A stretch of 63,307 nucleotides of DNA, counting the filler, from Octopus bimaculoides (Eukaryota), in the NCBI RefSeq assembly GCF_001194135.2. It is 8 parts of 8 records of this genome, joined end to end, with 100 filler letters (N's around TTAATTAATTAA, not from the genome) between each part and the next. Parts side by side here need not be neighbours in the genome. Positions count along the whole stretch, not along the records: positions 19,272 to 38,456 come from NC_068981.1; positions 38,557 to 43,376 come from NC_068986.1; 6 more parts are not named here. One strand, written 5' to 3'. A program made the position numbers and the translations under genes. Below are positions 24,877-39,135 of the stretch, one piece after another (the stretch's first letter is position 1; every line of letters begins with the position of its first letter). Below the pieces are notes generated by a model. The model was not told the origin of the DNA. It searched no databases and was given only the letters and a program-made list of their open reading frames with translations.

Positions 24877-26826
24877 ACTATTATTTTCATCAGACAATAC
24901 CATATCACCGAGTCCGATTTTATTCAGTTTAGTACTCGACTGTTATGGACTCTGAAAGAATTATAGGCAAAATGAACTTAACAGAATTTGAACTCAGAGC
25001 GTGGAGAGTGATAACTAAATAGCGTTAGGCATTTTGACCAATGCCCCATCGATTTTACCAGTCCAATGCCTTTCGTCTGGGGTAGCAGCAATATTTCTAA
25101 GCTTGTTAGTTACAAAACGTTGTAGAGCAGACAGCTTCAGAAACTGGTATCATTACCTTTGTTTTCACAAAGTGATAAATATATAGTAGCAGTGGAGACA
25201 AACCGGTAACAACATTGTTGCAAAGCAAATAAGTCGGGTGTGCTTGCGTTCACAGTCATTCTTGAAACGGAGCTCATGCTCACATTATAGAAATAAAGGA
25301 TTAATTTGGTCTGGTTTTTAGAGTATACTTTAGAAAGATTTCTCTAGTAATTGGTTTTCGATCTACGGACAAAGAAACATTTCTAATTTTGTTGCTGTAC
25401 TTATACGTAGGTCCAAGTACGGTAGCCTTCGAACATTACAATGCCAATTACAGATGTAATTAATAGATTTTTAGACAGTTGTGCAGTTGATACAATTGAC
25501 TTCACTCACTGAAAAAAGGAAAAAAATATTTTAAATTTATTCCAGCATTATTTGTACTCAGCATCTAAAGGGACATAACAAATACAGAAAGTCATTTGGC
25601 CTGACATTCTACTAATGCAGCCATCTTGTAACCCCGGATAGAGTAAAACTGAAACATCACTAGCGATATCCAAAGTGTGAAACCTCAGCTTTATGTGCGT
25701 AATCTCTGTAATATGTTTTCGATTCCTTATTAAAATAATTTCACCTCAATTATGCAGCTAACCCTTTGGGTAGATCCACAATAAGCAATAACGAAACATC
25801 AAAATATAGATTTTAAACTTTTAAAAGCAAAATTTTATTGCATTTATATATGGTAATAATTTTCCAGATATAGACTATTTTCGAGATAGGTTATGGTCGA
25901 GAAGTTCGACCTCAACATATTACTGGTGCTCCATAGTGTTCTCCATCGGTGAAAGTTTGTGGCAAAAGGCTTACTGATATTATGGTGACCACTGCAAAGC
26001 TAGAAGTGAAATATCTAAAGACGAGAATGCAGTTTCGATTTACGGTTGATGTAATCATTTCTATAGCCTACGATATAAATGACGTTGAAAAATGTGAACG
26101 TCACAAGGCCCCAATCCCCCACTCTCTCAATTTCATCATAACTATCTTTCTTTCAAGAAATATTTTTCTAAAATATGCTTGGAGAAAAGCCATAACAGAA
26201 GAGAGAAGGAATCGAGAACAATAATCACAGTATCAAAAGTTGTAAAAGGCGAAACATTGTGAAAAAAATACAAAGAACATTATTGCTTCTGAAGCCCGAT
26301 GTCAGCAAACGTTTTAGATGAGGTTTAGTTTATACCATCAATCCTAGAAACTGTCTGCTACTTTATTTTATCAGTCCCGATATGATGAAATGCAAAGTTG
26401 ACCGCATCGGGTTTTGAACACAGAAAATGAAAGTTTCGCAGTAAGTTTTGCAAGGCATTTTTACTGACACCCAAACGATATAGCTAGGTCACAATAATAC
26501 TAAAGAAATAAAACATAATGCTAACAAAGCAACCACCATTTGATCATTGTGTGTGTGTGTGCGTGTGTCCCAGTTTATTTTTAACTTCTTAGTTCATTTC
26601 AATATCTTTAATCCTTTTATATAATTTTCGCAATAAAGTATAATGCCACCTTCTGATTTAACCATTTCAACTTACTTATTATTTTTTTTCCAAGAACGTC
26701 ACTCTTGATGAGTGTTTAATTTTAATTATTCACTCGTATTTCACTGTCGTCTTTGTGCTGTGATATTTGTAGGCTGTAGTAAGGGGGTGATGAGTGTGAT
26801 CATTTTTAATTAGTTATTTGATTGAT

Positions 26827-26975
26827 GTTATTATTATTGTTGTTGCTGCTGTTGTTGCCGCTGCTGCTGTTGTTGTTGCCGCTGCTACTGCTGCTGTTGT
26901 TGCCGCTGCTGCTGTTGTTGTTGCCGCTGCTACTGCTGCTGTTGTTGTTAACATCACCTTTATCATCATCATCAT
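26827..26975. repeat. compound (TTG/CTG/CCG) trinucleotide repeat with higher-order unit, then (TCA)n
   Basis: Seen directly: recurring ttgttgccgctgct(a/g)ctg units. Confidence 0.9.
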
Positions 26976-27479
26976 CGAAGCGCTGAGCTAGCAGCATCTT
27001 TAGAGTGTCAGACAAAATGCTTAGTGATGATTCCTCCGAATCATTACGTTCTGAGTTCAAATTCAACAGCGTCTGTACCAACATAAATAAATCAAATACA
27101 GGAACAACAACAACAGCAGTAACACATACCACTACAGCAGCAGATGCATAAACTGTTGAGACAGTAACAACAGTGGCACCAACATCCCCAACATCAAATT
27201 TGCCAGCAGTAGCAGCTGAGGTAACGAAAAATAATGATTATAACAAAATAATCACCACCCAGATTATATCTCAAACCGGCGCTCTTACCTCCTTTCGTCT
27301 TATACTTCTCCATCCTACATGCCCAGCTATGTAAATGCACACACAAGAAAACTTGGTCTAGCCTACGACTAGGTCGGAGTCATCTCCTCTGCAAAAAAGA
27401 GAAAGGGAGAGAAAAAGACAAAATGTTTAACAGTTTTTCGTTTTTGGTCTTCTAGCTCTTGGCGTTTTGAGTCTAAAAA

Positions 27480-28950
27480 ATCTGCCCATATCAACTTTGT
27501 ATTTCATCCTGTCGGATGAAGTACCAGTTCAGCGTTGGGGTTGATACAATCAATGAAACAACTCCCCTGAAATTACTAGAATTGTGCCAAAATTTAAAGT
27601 CATTATTAAAAAGCACCGAAAAGTGGTGAGCTGGCAGAGTCGTTAGTACGCTGGGAAAAATGCTTAGCAGTATTTCGTCTGTCTTTACGTTTTAAGTTCA
27701 AATTCCGCTGAGGTTGATTTTGCCGTTAATCCTTTCAGGGTCGATAAATTAAGTGCCAATGAAACACTGGGGTCAGTATAATCGACTAGTACCCCCGCCA
27801 AATTCCAAGCTCTGTGCTTATAGTATAAAGGATTATTAAAAGGCAGGGACGAGGCAGAATCGTTAGCGCGTCGGATAAAATGCTTTCTTCATAATCATTG
27901 CGTTCTAAGTTCAACTCTTGCATTTCATCCCACTGGAGTTGATAAAATAAAGCTCTAGAGTTGATAGTATCAACTAAAACCCTCATCTCAACTTCTTTTG
28001 CTTTCGCCCTTTAAAAGCCTAGCCAGGCCCATGGGCCCGGTTTCCCGGTTTCTATGGCGTATGTGTTCCCCAACTCCACCAGCTGGACGGGACACCAGTC
28101 CATCGCAGCTTTACTCAAGAAACAGTGAGAGAAAGTTGGGGCGAAAGAGTACAACAGGGGTCGCCTCCACCCCATGCCGGAGCCTCGTGGAGCTTTAGGT
28201 GCTTTCGCTCAATAAACACAAACAACGCCCCGGCTGGGAATCGAAACCACGATCCTCCGACCGTGAGTCCGCTGCCCTAACCACTGGGCCACTGCACCTC
28301 CACCCTCATCTCAACACTGTGCCAATATTGAAGAACTTATCAATTTACCTTGTGTGTTTCAATGTCTCCAAGGTTTAACTTTCATCCAAGTGGCCCGACA
28401 TATTAAGTACTACATGAGTGGCGTAGTCGATTGACTAGAGCAACACCCTCCTTCAAAATTTCAGGCCTTGTGCCAATAGTAAAGAGAATTATTACTATCA
28501 TGAAAACGGTGACTTTGCCCTTAAATTTAAGAAATGATCATTACAGTAATATATTATTTTAACCAAAGTTTCACTTATTTTGGTTTCAAATTTTAGCACA
28601 GGGCGAGTAATTTCGAGGGAAGGTTAAATCAATTACAACGGCTCCAAAGTTCAACTGGTATTTATTTTATCGACCCAGGAAGGATGGAAGGCAAAGCAGA
28701 CTTCAGCGGAATTTGAACTCAGAACGTAAAGACGGACGAAATGCCGCTGAGTATTTTGAAGTTTCAACAGTGTTAGTTTCAAATTTTAGCACAAGGCCAG
28801 CAATTTGTGGGGAGAATTAAGTCGATTACATCGACTCCAGTGTTTAACTGCTACTTATTCTATCTATCCGTGAAGGATGAAAGGCTGAAGCGTCTCAGGC
28901 GAAATTTTAACTCAGAACGTTAAGACGGGTTAAATGCCACGGAGCATTTT
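27480..28950. mobile_element. cluster of about six Meta-like SINE copies: + copies at ~27480-27600, 27620-27830, 27845-27990, 28330-28500; - copies at ~28575-28760, 28775-28950
   Basis: Repeated gttcaaattccgc.gaggt.ga.tttgcc.tt.atcctt..ggg.tcgataaa motif on + and its reverse complement (aggatggaaggcaaag..gacttcagcggaatttgaactcagaacgtaaagacggacgaaatgcc) on -. Confidence 0.75.
28003..28302 (-). mobile_element. tRNA-derived SINE with V-domain-like segment
   Basis: Minus strand has head gtggaggtgcagtggcccagtggttagggcagcggactcacggtcggaggatcgtggtttcgattccc (A and B boxes). It also has gcgatggactggtgtcccgtccagctg, resembling the V-SINE domain. The tail is shared with 59647-59892. Confidence 0.75.
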
Positions 28951-30481
28951 AAAGTTTCACCTATATTAAAAACAGATCAGTGAATCAGATGGAAAGAAAG
29001 CTGAGAGAAAAAAATAGAAAAATACAAAGAACAATAGTAAAAAGGAAAGAGACACATAGAGAGGAGAGAGAAAGGAAGAGAAAGAAAGAGAGAGTAGTAA
29101 AAGCTTGCAACTGGTATATCAATTTGTCTAATTTAATTGTCGTAGTAAATTACTTCATTAATTCAGATTTCACACTACAAGAAGTCCAGTCGTCTCTTTA
29201 TTTTCAGAGGAGTGAATAATTAGAAAGAACATTCTTCTACTTTAAGTAATTTGACCCCGTTATATTTATTTATTTATTATGCTGCTTTATTTTATTTTAT
29301 ACTTTATTATTATATTTTATATAATTTTTTTTATTTTATTTGTTGATATGGAAACTAAGAACAACTTTTTTTTTTAATATTTTATTCATCGTTTGTCCAA
29401 CAGACATAGTCATACACAACAAAACAGAAACATGCATATATATATATGTGTGCGTATTAATTTGTACACACACACACACACACACTCATACACATCCGCA
29501 CGCGTATATATGTGCATATATATATATATATATATACATAACACACCCACATATGTATATAAAGGAATACGCATATATATGTGTGTATACACACACACAC
29601 ACATATATGTATATCCGACAAACGGAAATTTTCCATCTGCCAAATTGATTCAAAAGCCATTGTCGTTTCAAGTCTCTGTGGTGCCATGCGGCGGGACGCT
29701 GCCATGCATGCGCTTATAACATGCTTTGTTTTTTACTTTGCTTCAAAATTGAGCTTATAAACTTTTGATACTATTTCTTGGTACTAGTATTTATTGAATC
29801 AGTGCGTAAGTTATTATTTTCAGAATGACTTTCCCAAGGCAATGATATATATAACTATATATATATATATNNNNNNNNNNNNNNNNNNNNNNNNNNNNNN
29901 NNNNNNNNNNNNNNNNNNNNNNNNNNNNNNNNNNNNNNNNNNNNNNNNNNNNNNNNNNNNNNNNNNNNNNNNNNNNNNNNNNNNNNNNNNNNNNNNNNNN
30001 NNNNNNNNNNNNNNNNNNNNNNNNNNNNNNNNNNNNNNNNNNNNNNNNNNNNNNNNNNNNNNNNNNNNNNNNNNNNNNNNNNNNNNNNNNNNNNNNNNNN
30101 NNNNNNNNNNNNNNNNNNNNNNNNNNNNNNNNNNNNNNNNNNNNNNNNNNNNNNNNNNNNNNNNNNNNNNNNNNNNNNNNNNNNNNNNNNNNNNNNNNNN
30201 NNNNNNNNNNNNNNNNNNNNNNNNNNNNNNNNNNNNNNNNNNNNNNNNNNNNNNNNNNNNNNNNNNNNNNNNNNNNNNNNNNNNNNNNNNNNNNNNNNNN
30301 NNNNNNNNNNNNNNNNNNNNNNNNNNNNNNNNNNNNNNNNNNNNNNNNNNNNNNNNNNNNNNNNNNNNNNNNNNNNNNNNNNNNNNNNNNNNNNNNNNNN
30401 NNNNNNNNNNNNNNNNNNNNNNNNNNNNNNNNNNNNNNNNNNNNNNNNNNNNNNNNNNNNNNNNNNNNNNNNNNNNNNNNN

Positions 30482-30530
<49 letters not shown>

Positions 30531-30710
30531 ATATATGTTTGTATATATATGTGTATATATATATCATATATGTATGTGTATATATATATATACATGTATG
30601 TGTGTGTATATATATATATACATGTATGTGTGTGTATATATATATATGTATGTATGTGTGTGTATATATATATATATATATGTGTATATATATGTATGTA
30701 TGTGTGTGTG

Positions 30711-30751
<41 letters not shown>

Positions 30752-31722
30752 GTGTGTGTGTATGTGTACGTATATGTAACTTTTTATGTATGTATGCATT
30801 TAACTACGTATATGTAGATCTGAAGTAAATTGTCTTTTTTAACACAGTACGTCAATAAAAGGATTTTTCCCGGACTAGAACCACAGCCTCTGGTTTATCA
30901 GCTGGGCACATACATTAAACAAAGAAATAAGCTATTATGCTACTGAACAGTTTAAAGCAATTAAACCAAGTATATTTTGTATATTAGGCACCATGAATAT
31001 TGTTTTTACTATTCCAAAATATCCAATCTAAATATATGTTTTTAATGAAGTCTGTTTAAACAATTGCGCAGTTCTACCACTTCAAGAAGTCTATAGGTTT
31101 AAAATGCGAAAATGGGTTGTATATATCCAGCCTGCAAGACTAGAAAGGCTCTGAATTTCTCTTTAATAAAGTAGCCTAAAAAAATTGAATTTCATATTTC
31201 TCTAATGTACATAGTTGGCATGGCTTTTATTATGGTTACATGTGTTAGCACACGAGAAACACTTTCGTAATAAGGTTTTTTTAGCTATCAGACGTATTCC
31301 CAGAACGAATTGATTTACCTTCGACTACTGTGACTTAATGAAAATTGTATCGGTGGTTTTCTTTTGTAAGGGCTTCAGTTACTCTGCTGTAAAGTATAAG
31401 AGCCTTGCAAACCAGAAGACAGAGCTGTGTCAGTATAGTTTCAATTATATGTCTGCTTCATATTGTTTTGCAAAGTAGTGTTAGCTTGGGTATCTTTTGA
31501 GAGCTATCAGATTATAATCCTTAAAATCAGGCGTGGCAGCCTCGAAGAATTTTAGTGAAACGAATCGACGCCAGAACTTATATATTTTACGCCTGGTGCT
31601 TATCCTATCGAATTACCCTGCCGAACCGCTAAGTTACGGATATGTAAACAAACAGCGTTTGTAAAGTGGTGGTAGGGGGACAGATATACGCGTGCGCACA
31701 CACTCATGCACACACGCACGCA

Positions 31723-31753
<31 letters not shown>

Positions 31754-31782
31754 GTATCTATCTATCTATCTATCTATCTATG

Positions 31783-31817
<35 letters not shown>

Positions 31818-33309
31818 ATATATANNNNNNNNNNNNNNNNNNNNNNNNNNNNNNNNNNNNNNNNNNNNNNNNNNNNNNNNNNNNNNNNNNNNNNNNNNNN
31901 NNNNNNNNNNNNNNNNNNNNNNNNNNNNNNNNNNNNNNNNNNNNNNNNNNNNNNNNNNNNNNNNNNNNNNNNNNNNNNNNNNNNNNNNNNNNNNNNNNNN
32001 NNNNNNNNNNNNNNNNNNNNNNNNNNNNNNNNNNNNNNNNNNNNNNNNNNNNNNNNNNNNNNNNNNNNNNNNNNNNNNNNNNNNNNNNNNNNNNNNNNNN
32101 NNNNNNNNNNNNNNNNNNNNNNNNNNNNNNNNNNNNNNNNNNNNNNNNNNNNNNNNNNNNNNNNNNNNNNNNNNNNNNNNNNNNNNNNNNNNNNNNNNNN
32201 NNNNNNNNNNNNNNNNNNNNNNNNNNNNNNNNNNNNNNNNNNNNNNNNNNNNNNNNNNNNNNNNNNNNNNNNNNNNNNNNNNNNNNNNNNNNNNNNNNNN
32301 NNNNNNNNNNNNNNNNNNNNNNNNNNNNNNNNNNNNNNNNNNNNNNNNNNNNNNNNNNNNNNNNNNNNNNNNNNNNNNNNNNNNNNNNNNNNNNNNNNNN
32401 NNNNNNNNNNNNNNNNNNNNNNNNNNNNNNNNNNNNNNNNNNNNNNNNNNNNNNNNNNNNNNNNNNNNNNNNNNNNNNNNNNNNNNNNNNNNNNNNNNNN
32501 NNNNNNNNNNNNNNNNNNNNNNNNNNNNNNNNNNNNNNNNNNNNNNNNNNNNNNNNNNNNNNNNNNNNNNNNNNNNNNNNNNNNNNNNNNNNNNNNCATG
32601 GGATTTTGTTTATTTGCTAGGACAATACTAACATCATTAAGGAGGAATTAAAAGAATGTAAAAACGGCCAAGCAAAAGTCTGTATGTATAACGCATGTCA
32701 GTCATTCTATGACATTCGCCAGTCGGCTCATTCGATTAAAAGAAAACACTCAGACGCACACACACACATACACACACATACATACATATATATGTATATA
32801 TACATATACATATATATATGTATGAATATATATATTTACATATATACATCATATACAGCATGTATATATATATACATATATACATATGTATATATATACA
32901 TATATACATATATGTATGTGTGTATACATATATACATATAATATGTATATATATACATATAATATGTATATATATACATATATACATATATATATGTATG
33001 TATATATGCATATATATGTATGTATATATACACACACGTATATATATATATATATATATATTATTATGCGCATATATGTATATATGAAAAAGAACGAGAG
33101 TGCGTGTGTGTGTGTGTGTGTGTTTGTGCTTTCTCTACACAAACTAGAAAGAATTCGGTCTGTTTTTCCTATCACAATTATACACTGAGATCTTTGCATT
33201 CTTTGTTATAACAATTAATCTGACTAAATAAGCATACATACCTATACTGACGTCCACACAAATACATATACTCTATCAGATACATACACGTATGTATATT
33301 CATACACAC

Positions 33310-33381
<72 letters not shown>

Positions 33382-33950
33382 TTGCAATTCAGATATTTAC
33401 AATGAAGTTTAAATAACGTATTATAAAACTGTGATCGGAAAGACAAAAGCATTAGAGAAAGAAAGTAATTTCGTTCCTGCTGAAATATAACGCCTATGTC
33501 CTCAACATAAGTAATTACAGTCGAAAAATAAATCGAAAAAAACATCTGGTAGAGGTTGGATCTAATTAAAATTAATTGGTAGATATAACTTATTAAGCGT
33601 ATGTTACGTTTTAATTAAAAGCACCAGAAACATTTACTTCGTTGGCTCAATATAAATCAGTGGAGAGAAATAAAGTTTTTGCATTAATTCTAAAATGATT
33701 TCAAAAGATGTCACATGGAATGTAAAGAATGGTGCTTCAATTAGTCCAAGAAAGAGGCACTATGTCTGCTGGCTCCTAAACCTTTGAAAACAATAATTTT
33801 CGGTACATAATTGTATTTATATTATATCCGAAAAGCAACGCTTAACTTTTTCACCTATGTGTTATGTGTCTGTATCTGTCTTTCTAACTATGTATGTAGT
33901 TACATGTACCTATACATACATACACACTTATATATATATATATATATATC

Positions 33951-33990
<40 letters not shown>

Positions 33991-34716
33991 NNNNNNNNNN
34001 NNNNNNNNNNNNNNNNNNNNNNNNNNNNNNNNNNNNNNNNNNNNNNNNNNNNNNNNNNNNNNNNNNNNNNNNNNNNNNNNNNNNNNNNNNNNNNNNNNNN
34101 NNNNNNNNNNNNNNNNNNNNNNNNNNNNNNNNNNNNNNNNNNNNNNNNNNNNNNNNNNNNNNNNNNNNNNNNNNNNNNNNNNNNNNNNNNNNNNNNNNNG
34201 ATGGAGGGAGAGAGAGAGGAATGGAGAGAGAGAGAGGGATGGAGATAGATAGATAGATAGATGGATAGACAGACAGATAGATATTGATAGAGAGAGAAAT
34301 TGAGTGAGAAAGAGAGAGATTTCAGTGCCTATGTACATATGTATATATATTTGTGTATATTTGTGCCTGGATCTAGATTAAACTTTTATAATATATACTC
34401 TAGTGAAGGAGGCGTTCTAATTAACAATACTATAAAAGTTGACCACTTAACACTTTGTAGACACTTTCTTTGTTTGTAATTTATTTATTTCTGTCTAACC
34501 CTTAGTACTTGGTCTCATTTTATCAAAACAAAAACAAACTGCTGATCATGAACAGGTAAACAAAAGCAGATAAAATAATTTCACTTTTAAATACACAAAT
34601 GGACTTTGTAATTAAAATTCAATTAAAAGCAATACGTAAGTTTTGATATTTATTCAACTGTCAGGATTTTTGTTTAATAATGAGCAATACATAGTTGAAA
34701 GTATATACATATATAC

Positions 34717-34882
34717 ACGATAGGCTTCTTTGAGTTTCCGTCTACCAAATCCACTCACAAGGCTTTGGTCGGCCCGAGGCTATAGTAGAAGATAGTTGCC
34801 CAAGATGCCACGCAGTGGGACTGAACCCGGAATCATGTGGTTGGTAAGCAAGCTACTTACCACACAGCCACTCCTGCGCCTA
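34717..34882 (-). mobile_element. OR-like CORE SINE, 5' half
   Basis: Close reverse complement of 61401-61565. Confidence 0.9.
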
Positions 34883-35577
34883 TATTAAATATAATTCTAG
34901 ATTACAGCATTGAGTTAATCGGTATTCTATGTCCTTCTCCATGGATTATCTTAAGACGGTTCTATTTAGTGGCGAGTATAATTCTTCATACATACATACA
35001 TAAGTATATTATATGCATATATATATACGCATGTACACACACGCCCACACGCCCACACGCCCACACGCATGCACACACAAACACACATGTCATACGCCAC
35101 ATATCCAAGTTTGGAGTATTCTATATACATGTTGGCATATATTTAAATGCAATACACCCGCCGAGTCAATTTAATAATTATATTCTCCAACAATTATTTG
35201 ATATTTTTCTCCCAACTGATATTTCTTTTACGATCTTAACTAGTGTATAAGATTTTCTGTGCGATTGTTTGTGTAGTTCCTTGCTCGATACACTTCGTTG
35301 CTTGGGCGAGGGGCAACCCCTCCTAACTAAAATTGTTCTACATTTGGAATCAGGCTAATCCCAGGAGTATTTCTATACTTCTGTGATCCATTGTCCTGCT
35401 GTGCAAATCCGGTCCACCCTAAAGCACTTTTACTTTTTATTATCAGCAATATAAAAATAGAAACGGAAGTTTAAAGAGCAAACAAACAGGGTATTGGTTG
35501 CCGAACTATATTTAACCTATTCAAATTTTTTTATAAAAATCACTGAGAATAATTATCATTTTGTTAACATTTACATA

Positions 35578-35799
35578 TACGAGGGGGTGTTGCAAAGTTC
35601 TTGCCTTTGGGTAAAAATATACAGGAGGATCAGTTAATTATGATTATATTCAACATATTTGATACTCAGGTTCACACTCTTATTGCAGCACACCTTTAGT
35701 TTTTCTAAGCCCTGTAAAAGAACTCGGAAGTTTGGGCGTCCAGCCAGGCCTTTCGCAATATCTTTAAAACCAGGAACTTTTCAGCAAACCTTCTTTGTA
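35578..35799. mobile_element. mariner-type MITE
   Basis: TA-bounded imperfect TIRs TACGAGGGGGTGTTGCAAAGTTCTTGCCTTT ... AAAACCAGGAACTTTTCAGCAAACCTTCTTTGTA, with no coding capacity. Confidence 0.6.
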
Positions 35800-36084
35800 A
35801 GACATTCTTCATATTGATTTCGGATTAGATATCTGTGAGTAGTAATTGTAATTGCTTAAATCTTTTCATTCTTGGAGAAATCCATGGCACATGAAGTGAT
35901 GGCCAATTTCTTTATCTTGTTTTCATTCACCAAGAAGGAAATTTCCTATTATTATATACCACGAGCCAACATAATTTTTCTTTCCAACTGTCTTTGAAAA
36001 TTAAAATTAGAATTTCTAAGCTTTAAAAAATTAAATTTACTTTCACTGAGGTGAGGATAGAAAAGTTGTGCGCATTACACGTTG

Positions 36085-36249
36085 GCATGGCTGTGTAACT
36101 AAGAAGTTCGCTTTGCAGCCGTGTGCTTTTGGGTTCAGCCTCTCTGTGTCGTATCTTGTGTAATTGATTTCTGCTATAGCCCCACACCGATCAGTAGGTT
36201 CTTTTGTATTTGATAGATGGAAATTCCGTGGAAGCCCGTTGTATGTGTG

Positions 36250-36304
<55 letters not shown>

Positions 36305-36530
36305 ACGCGTGTATGTGTGTATGTGTGTGTTTCTGTGTGCTTGAGTGTGCGTGTGTCTATGTGTCTTTGTATCCATCCAACACTTAACAACCGCTGTTGG
36401 ATTGTTTACGTTCCTACAACTTCGGAGTTCACCAAAGAACTCCGAAGTTGTAGGATAGAATAAGTACAAGACTTAATAGGCTATACCCCCAGCATGGATG
36501 GAGACCAATGACTGAAACAAGACAAAATTA
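36085..36530 (+). mobile_element. diverged OR-like SINE with internal (TG)n
   Basis: Head ggcatggctgtgt..ctaagaagttcgctttgcagcc, an internal (TG)n, and tail acaaccgctgttgg..gtttacg..gatagaataagtac..cagcatgg..aatgactgaaacaag, collinear with 61401-61795. Confidence 0.7.
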
Positions 36531-38352
36531 AATAAAAATGTTAAGTCAAAAGATCTGGCAAAACAGGATCTTAAGTAAGAAAAAACTATACCTTGAAAAA
36601 AAAATTAATAAATAAATGATATCAAACGCCAGAATAGCGCGAACCAGCAGATTTCCGCGTCAAAGTGAGAAAAGTTCCAGTAAACTAATAACTTGAGATG
36701 ATCCGGTAAAATTTTAGACTGGACAAACCAGACAAAAATCACCAAATTTTTGCATAAATAATTGCCTTTAAGTATATAAATAATTATTTATGTCATGTTC
36801 AAAACGAAATAATAATTTATATTTTCAGATAACCTTTTTTTTTTTATATAGGTTCTTTTATTATACGATTTTGCTTTACGTAGAAGGTTCAACAGCCTTC
36901 TGCGGGAACTAAACTGAAACCCCCTCGCTGTATGTATGCATGTATTTTTTTTTTCGTGTATGTATATTACGCATAGGATTATACATAAACTAAACACACA
37001 TGTATACACACACTTATGCACATACGTACACACACAGACATACACATACCTATATATACAAATGCAATATATTACATAATGTAAAATATTAAAATATAAT
37101 GATTGNNNNNNNNNNNNNNNNNNNNNNNNNNNNNNNNNNNNNNNNNNNNNNNNNNNNNNNNNNNNNNNNNNNNNNNNNNNNNNNNNNNNNNNNNNNNNNN
37201 NNNNNNNNNNNNNNNNNNNNNNNNNNNNNNNNNNNNNNNNNNNNNNNNNNNNNNNNNNNNNNNNNTATTACGCATAGGATTATACATAAACTAAACACAC
37301 ATGTATACACACACTTAGCAGTAAGTGCTAGGGATCAATGTAAACGATTCCCTCGTCCCCTAAAAATCTGCTAGCTTTGTGCCAAAATTTGAAACCATTA
37401 ATTACTTTTTCATTGCAGATATGTGACAAATTTCTTTTATATTACGTGTATTGTTTATATTTATATTAGTCGAACTAATGTCCTCAATGTTGATTGCTGT
37501 TTTCACTACGTTTCAGCTGTTGTAGGCTTCAGGTGTCTTGTGCTGAACTCGGTTGTTGTATCAGAATTTCAGATCTAACCCTTTATTTGATCCATTGGGG
37601 CGCACCGTGTTCATTCTATTCCGTGCATTTCGCGACTTTCTCTTTTTGTTTCTTTTTTTTTTTTTTTTTGCTTCTATTGGTTGTTTGGGAATTACCTTAA
37701 TCCGTTATCCGGGAATGATCTCAGAGTCGCTAGATGATTGCACTGCATTAGCCAACGTATTTATCTACAATACTATGCCCGTTGATTTTGACAGTGCATT
37801 TTGAGACTAATAAACCTAAATGTTTATGTAATCTATTGTCTCAGCCGTTTTCTTTCTTTCATATTACCTGCTAGAAATAAGAGCTAAAAGTCTTAATTAA
37901 ACCACCGTACAGCACGAAGATAACAGAGAAATAACAGTAGGCGAGGAAACGGAAATAATTAATACATCCAAAAGCACAACTATGAAAGATTATGCAGTTT
38001 AGGACATCCACATACCCGGGTATCAGCTTTTGGAAATTTAATCCGGGAGGTTCTTCAGTGTGGACTATCGAGTCAAAATTCAAGGCCGTCATATTAAACT
38101 GCGCTAGTGTACTGGTATTGTTTTGCGCCAAAAACACAGTACATAGTGCAGAAATATTTATGAAAACATTCAAACACTAAGATTTCAAATAAGATGTTAC
38201 TACTGTGAATATCGTCTGTGAATAAAATTTAAAATTGATTGTATCAACAGCAGTAACATAGGTGGTCCGCAGGTAGATAGCATTATTTAGCCATAAATTA
38301 CCAATCTGCACGAAGCGTAAGGATGCATAAAAGCATACACCTGCTACAAATG

Positions 38353-38386
<34 letters not shown>

Positions 38387-38556
38387 TACACATATATATA
38401 TGCATAAATATATACATATATATACATATATATATATGCATAATTATATATATATANNNNNNNNNNNNNNNNNNNNNNNNNNNNNNNNNNNNNNNNNNNN
38501 TTAATTAATTAANNNNNNNNNNNNNNNNNNNNNNNNNNNNNNNNNNNNNNNNNNNN

Positions 38557-38927
38557 AAATATAAAGATCTTGAAATAGAAATTAGCAAAATGTGGAATCT
38601 GAAGACGAAAACAATACCTATTGTCATAGGTGCCCTGGGAATGACAGCGAAATGGCTGAAGTTCAAAAGATAGTGCTCATGGGAACTGCCCATATCCTAC
38701 GTAAAATACTGTCTATGTGATCTCAAATTTTAAAGCAAACACATAATTTTCTTATGGTTTCTTAAACATTCACTTGAACAAAACTGTACAAATCCAAATA
38801 TATGGTACTCTAGGCATAACACCTACATGAACTTCTAACTTGTTGTCTCTTGAGGTCTCTGGGTGAGACTTGGATCCAACTTGTACAAATGCAAAACAAA
38901 AGTCAAACATAAAATAATAATAATAAT
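38557..38927 (+). mobile_element. R4/Dong-like non-LTR retrotransposon 3' end with (AAT)n tail
   Basis: KYKDLEIEISKMWNLKTKTIPIVIGALGMTAK..EVQKIVLMGTAHILRKILSM* (stop 38718-20), then a 3' UTR and an aataataataat tail. Confidence 0.8.
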
Positions 38928-38934
38928 GTCATAA

Positions 38935-39135
38935 GCACAAGGTTTGAAATTGTAGGGGAAGGGACTAACCGATTTCGTCGATCCCAGTGTTCCACTGGTA
39001 CTTAATTTATCGACCCCGAAACGATGAAAGATAAAGTAGATCTCGATAGAATTTGAACTAAGAACGTATAGATAGAAGAAATACCGGTAAGCATTTCGCC
39101 CGACGTGCTATAGCTCCTGCCAGCCCACCGCCTTA
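38935..39135 (-). mobile_element. Meta-like SINE
   Basis: cccagtgttccactggtacttaatttatcgaccccgaaacgatgaaagataaagtaga..gaatttgaact.agaacgta is the reverse complement of the family. Confidence 0.8.

Noticed and set aside
29791-33199. Long ORFs rich in IY/TH/VC dipeptides or X runs (also 4025-4662, 20832-21826, 48300-49222, 52732-53395, 57892-59558, 62110-62464)
   Set aside because: They are translations of (TA)n, (CA)n or (TATG)n microsatellites and N gaps, not proteins.
36964-37320. ~52-bp direct duplication flanking the 37106-37265 gap
   Set aside because: Most simply an assembly overlap or collapsed tandem repeat at a gap edge.
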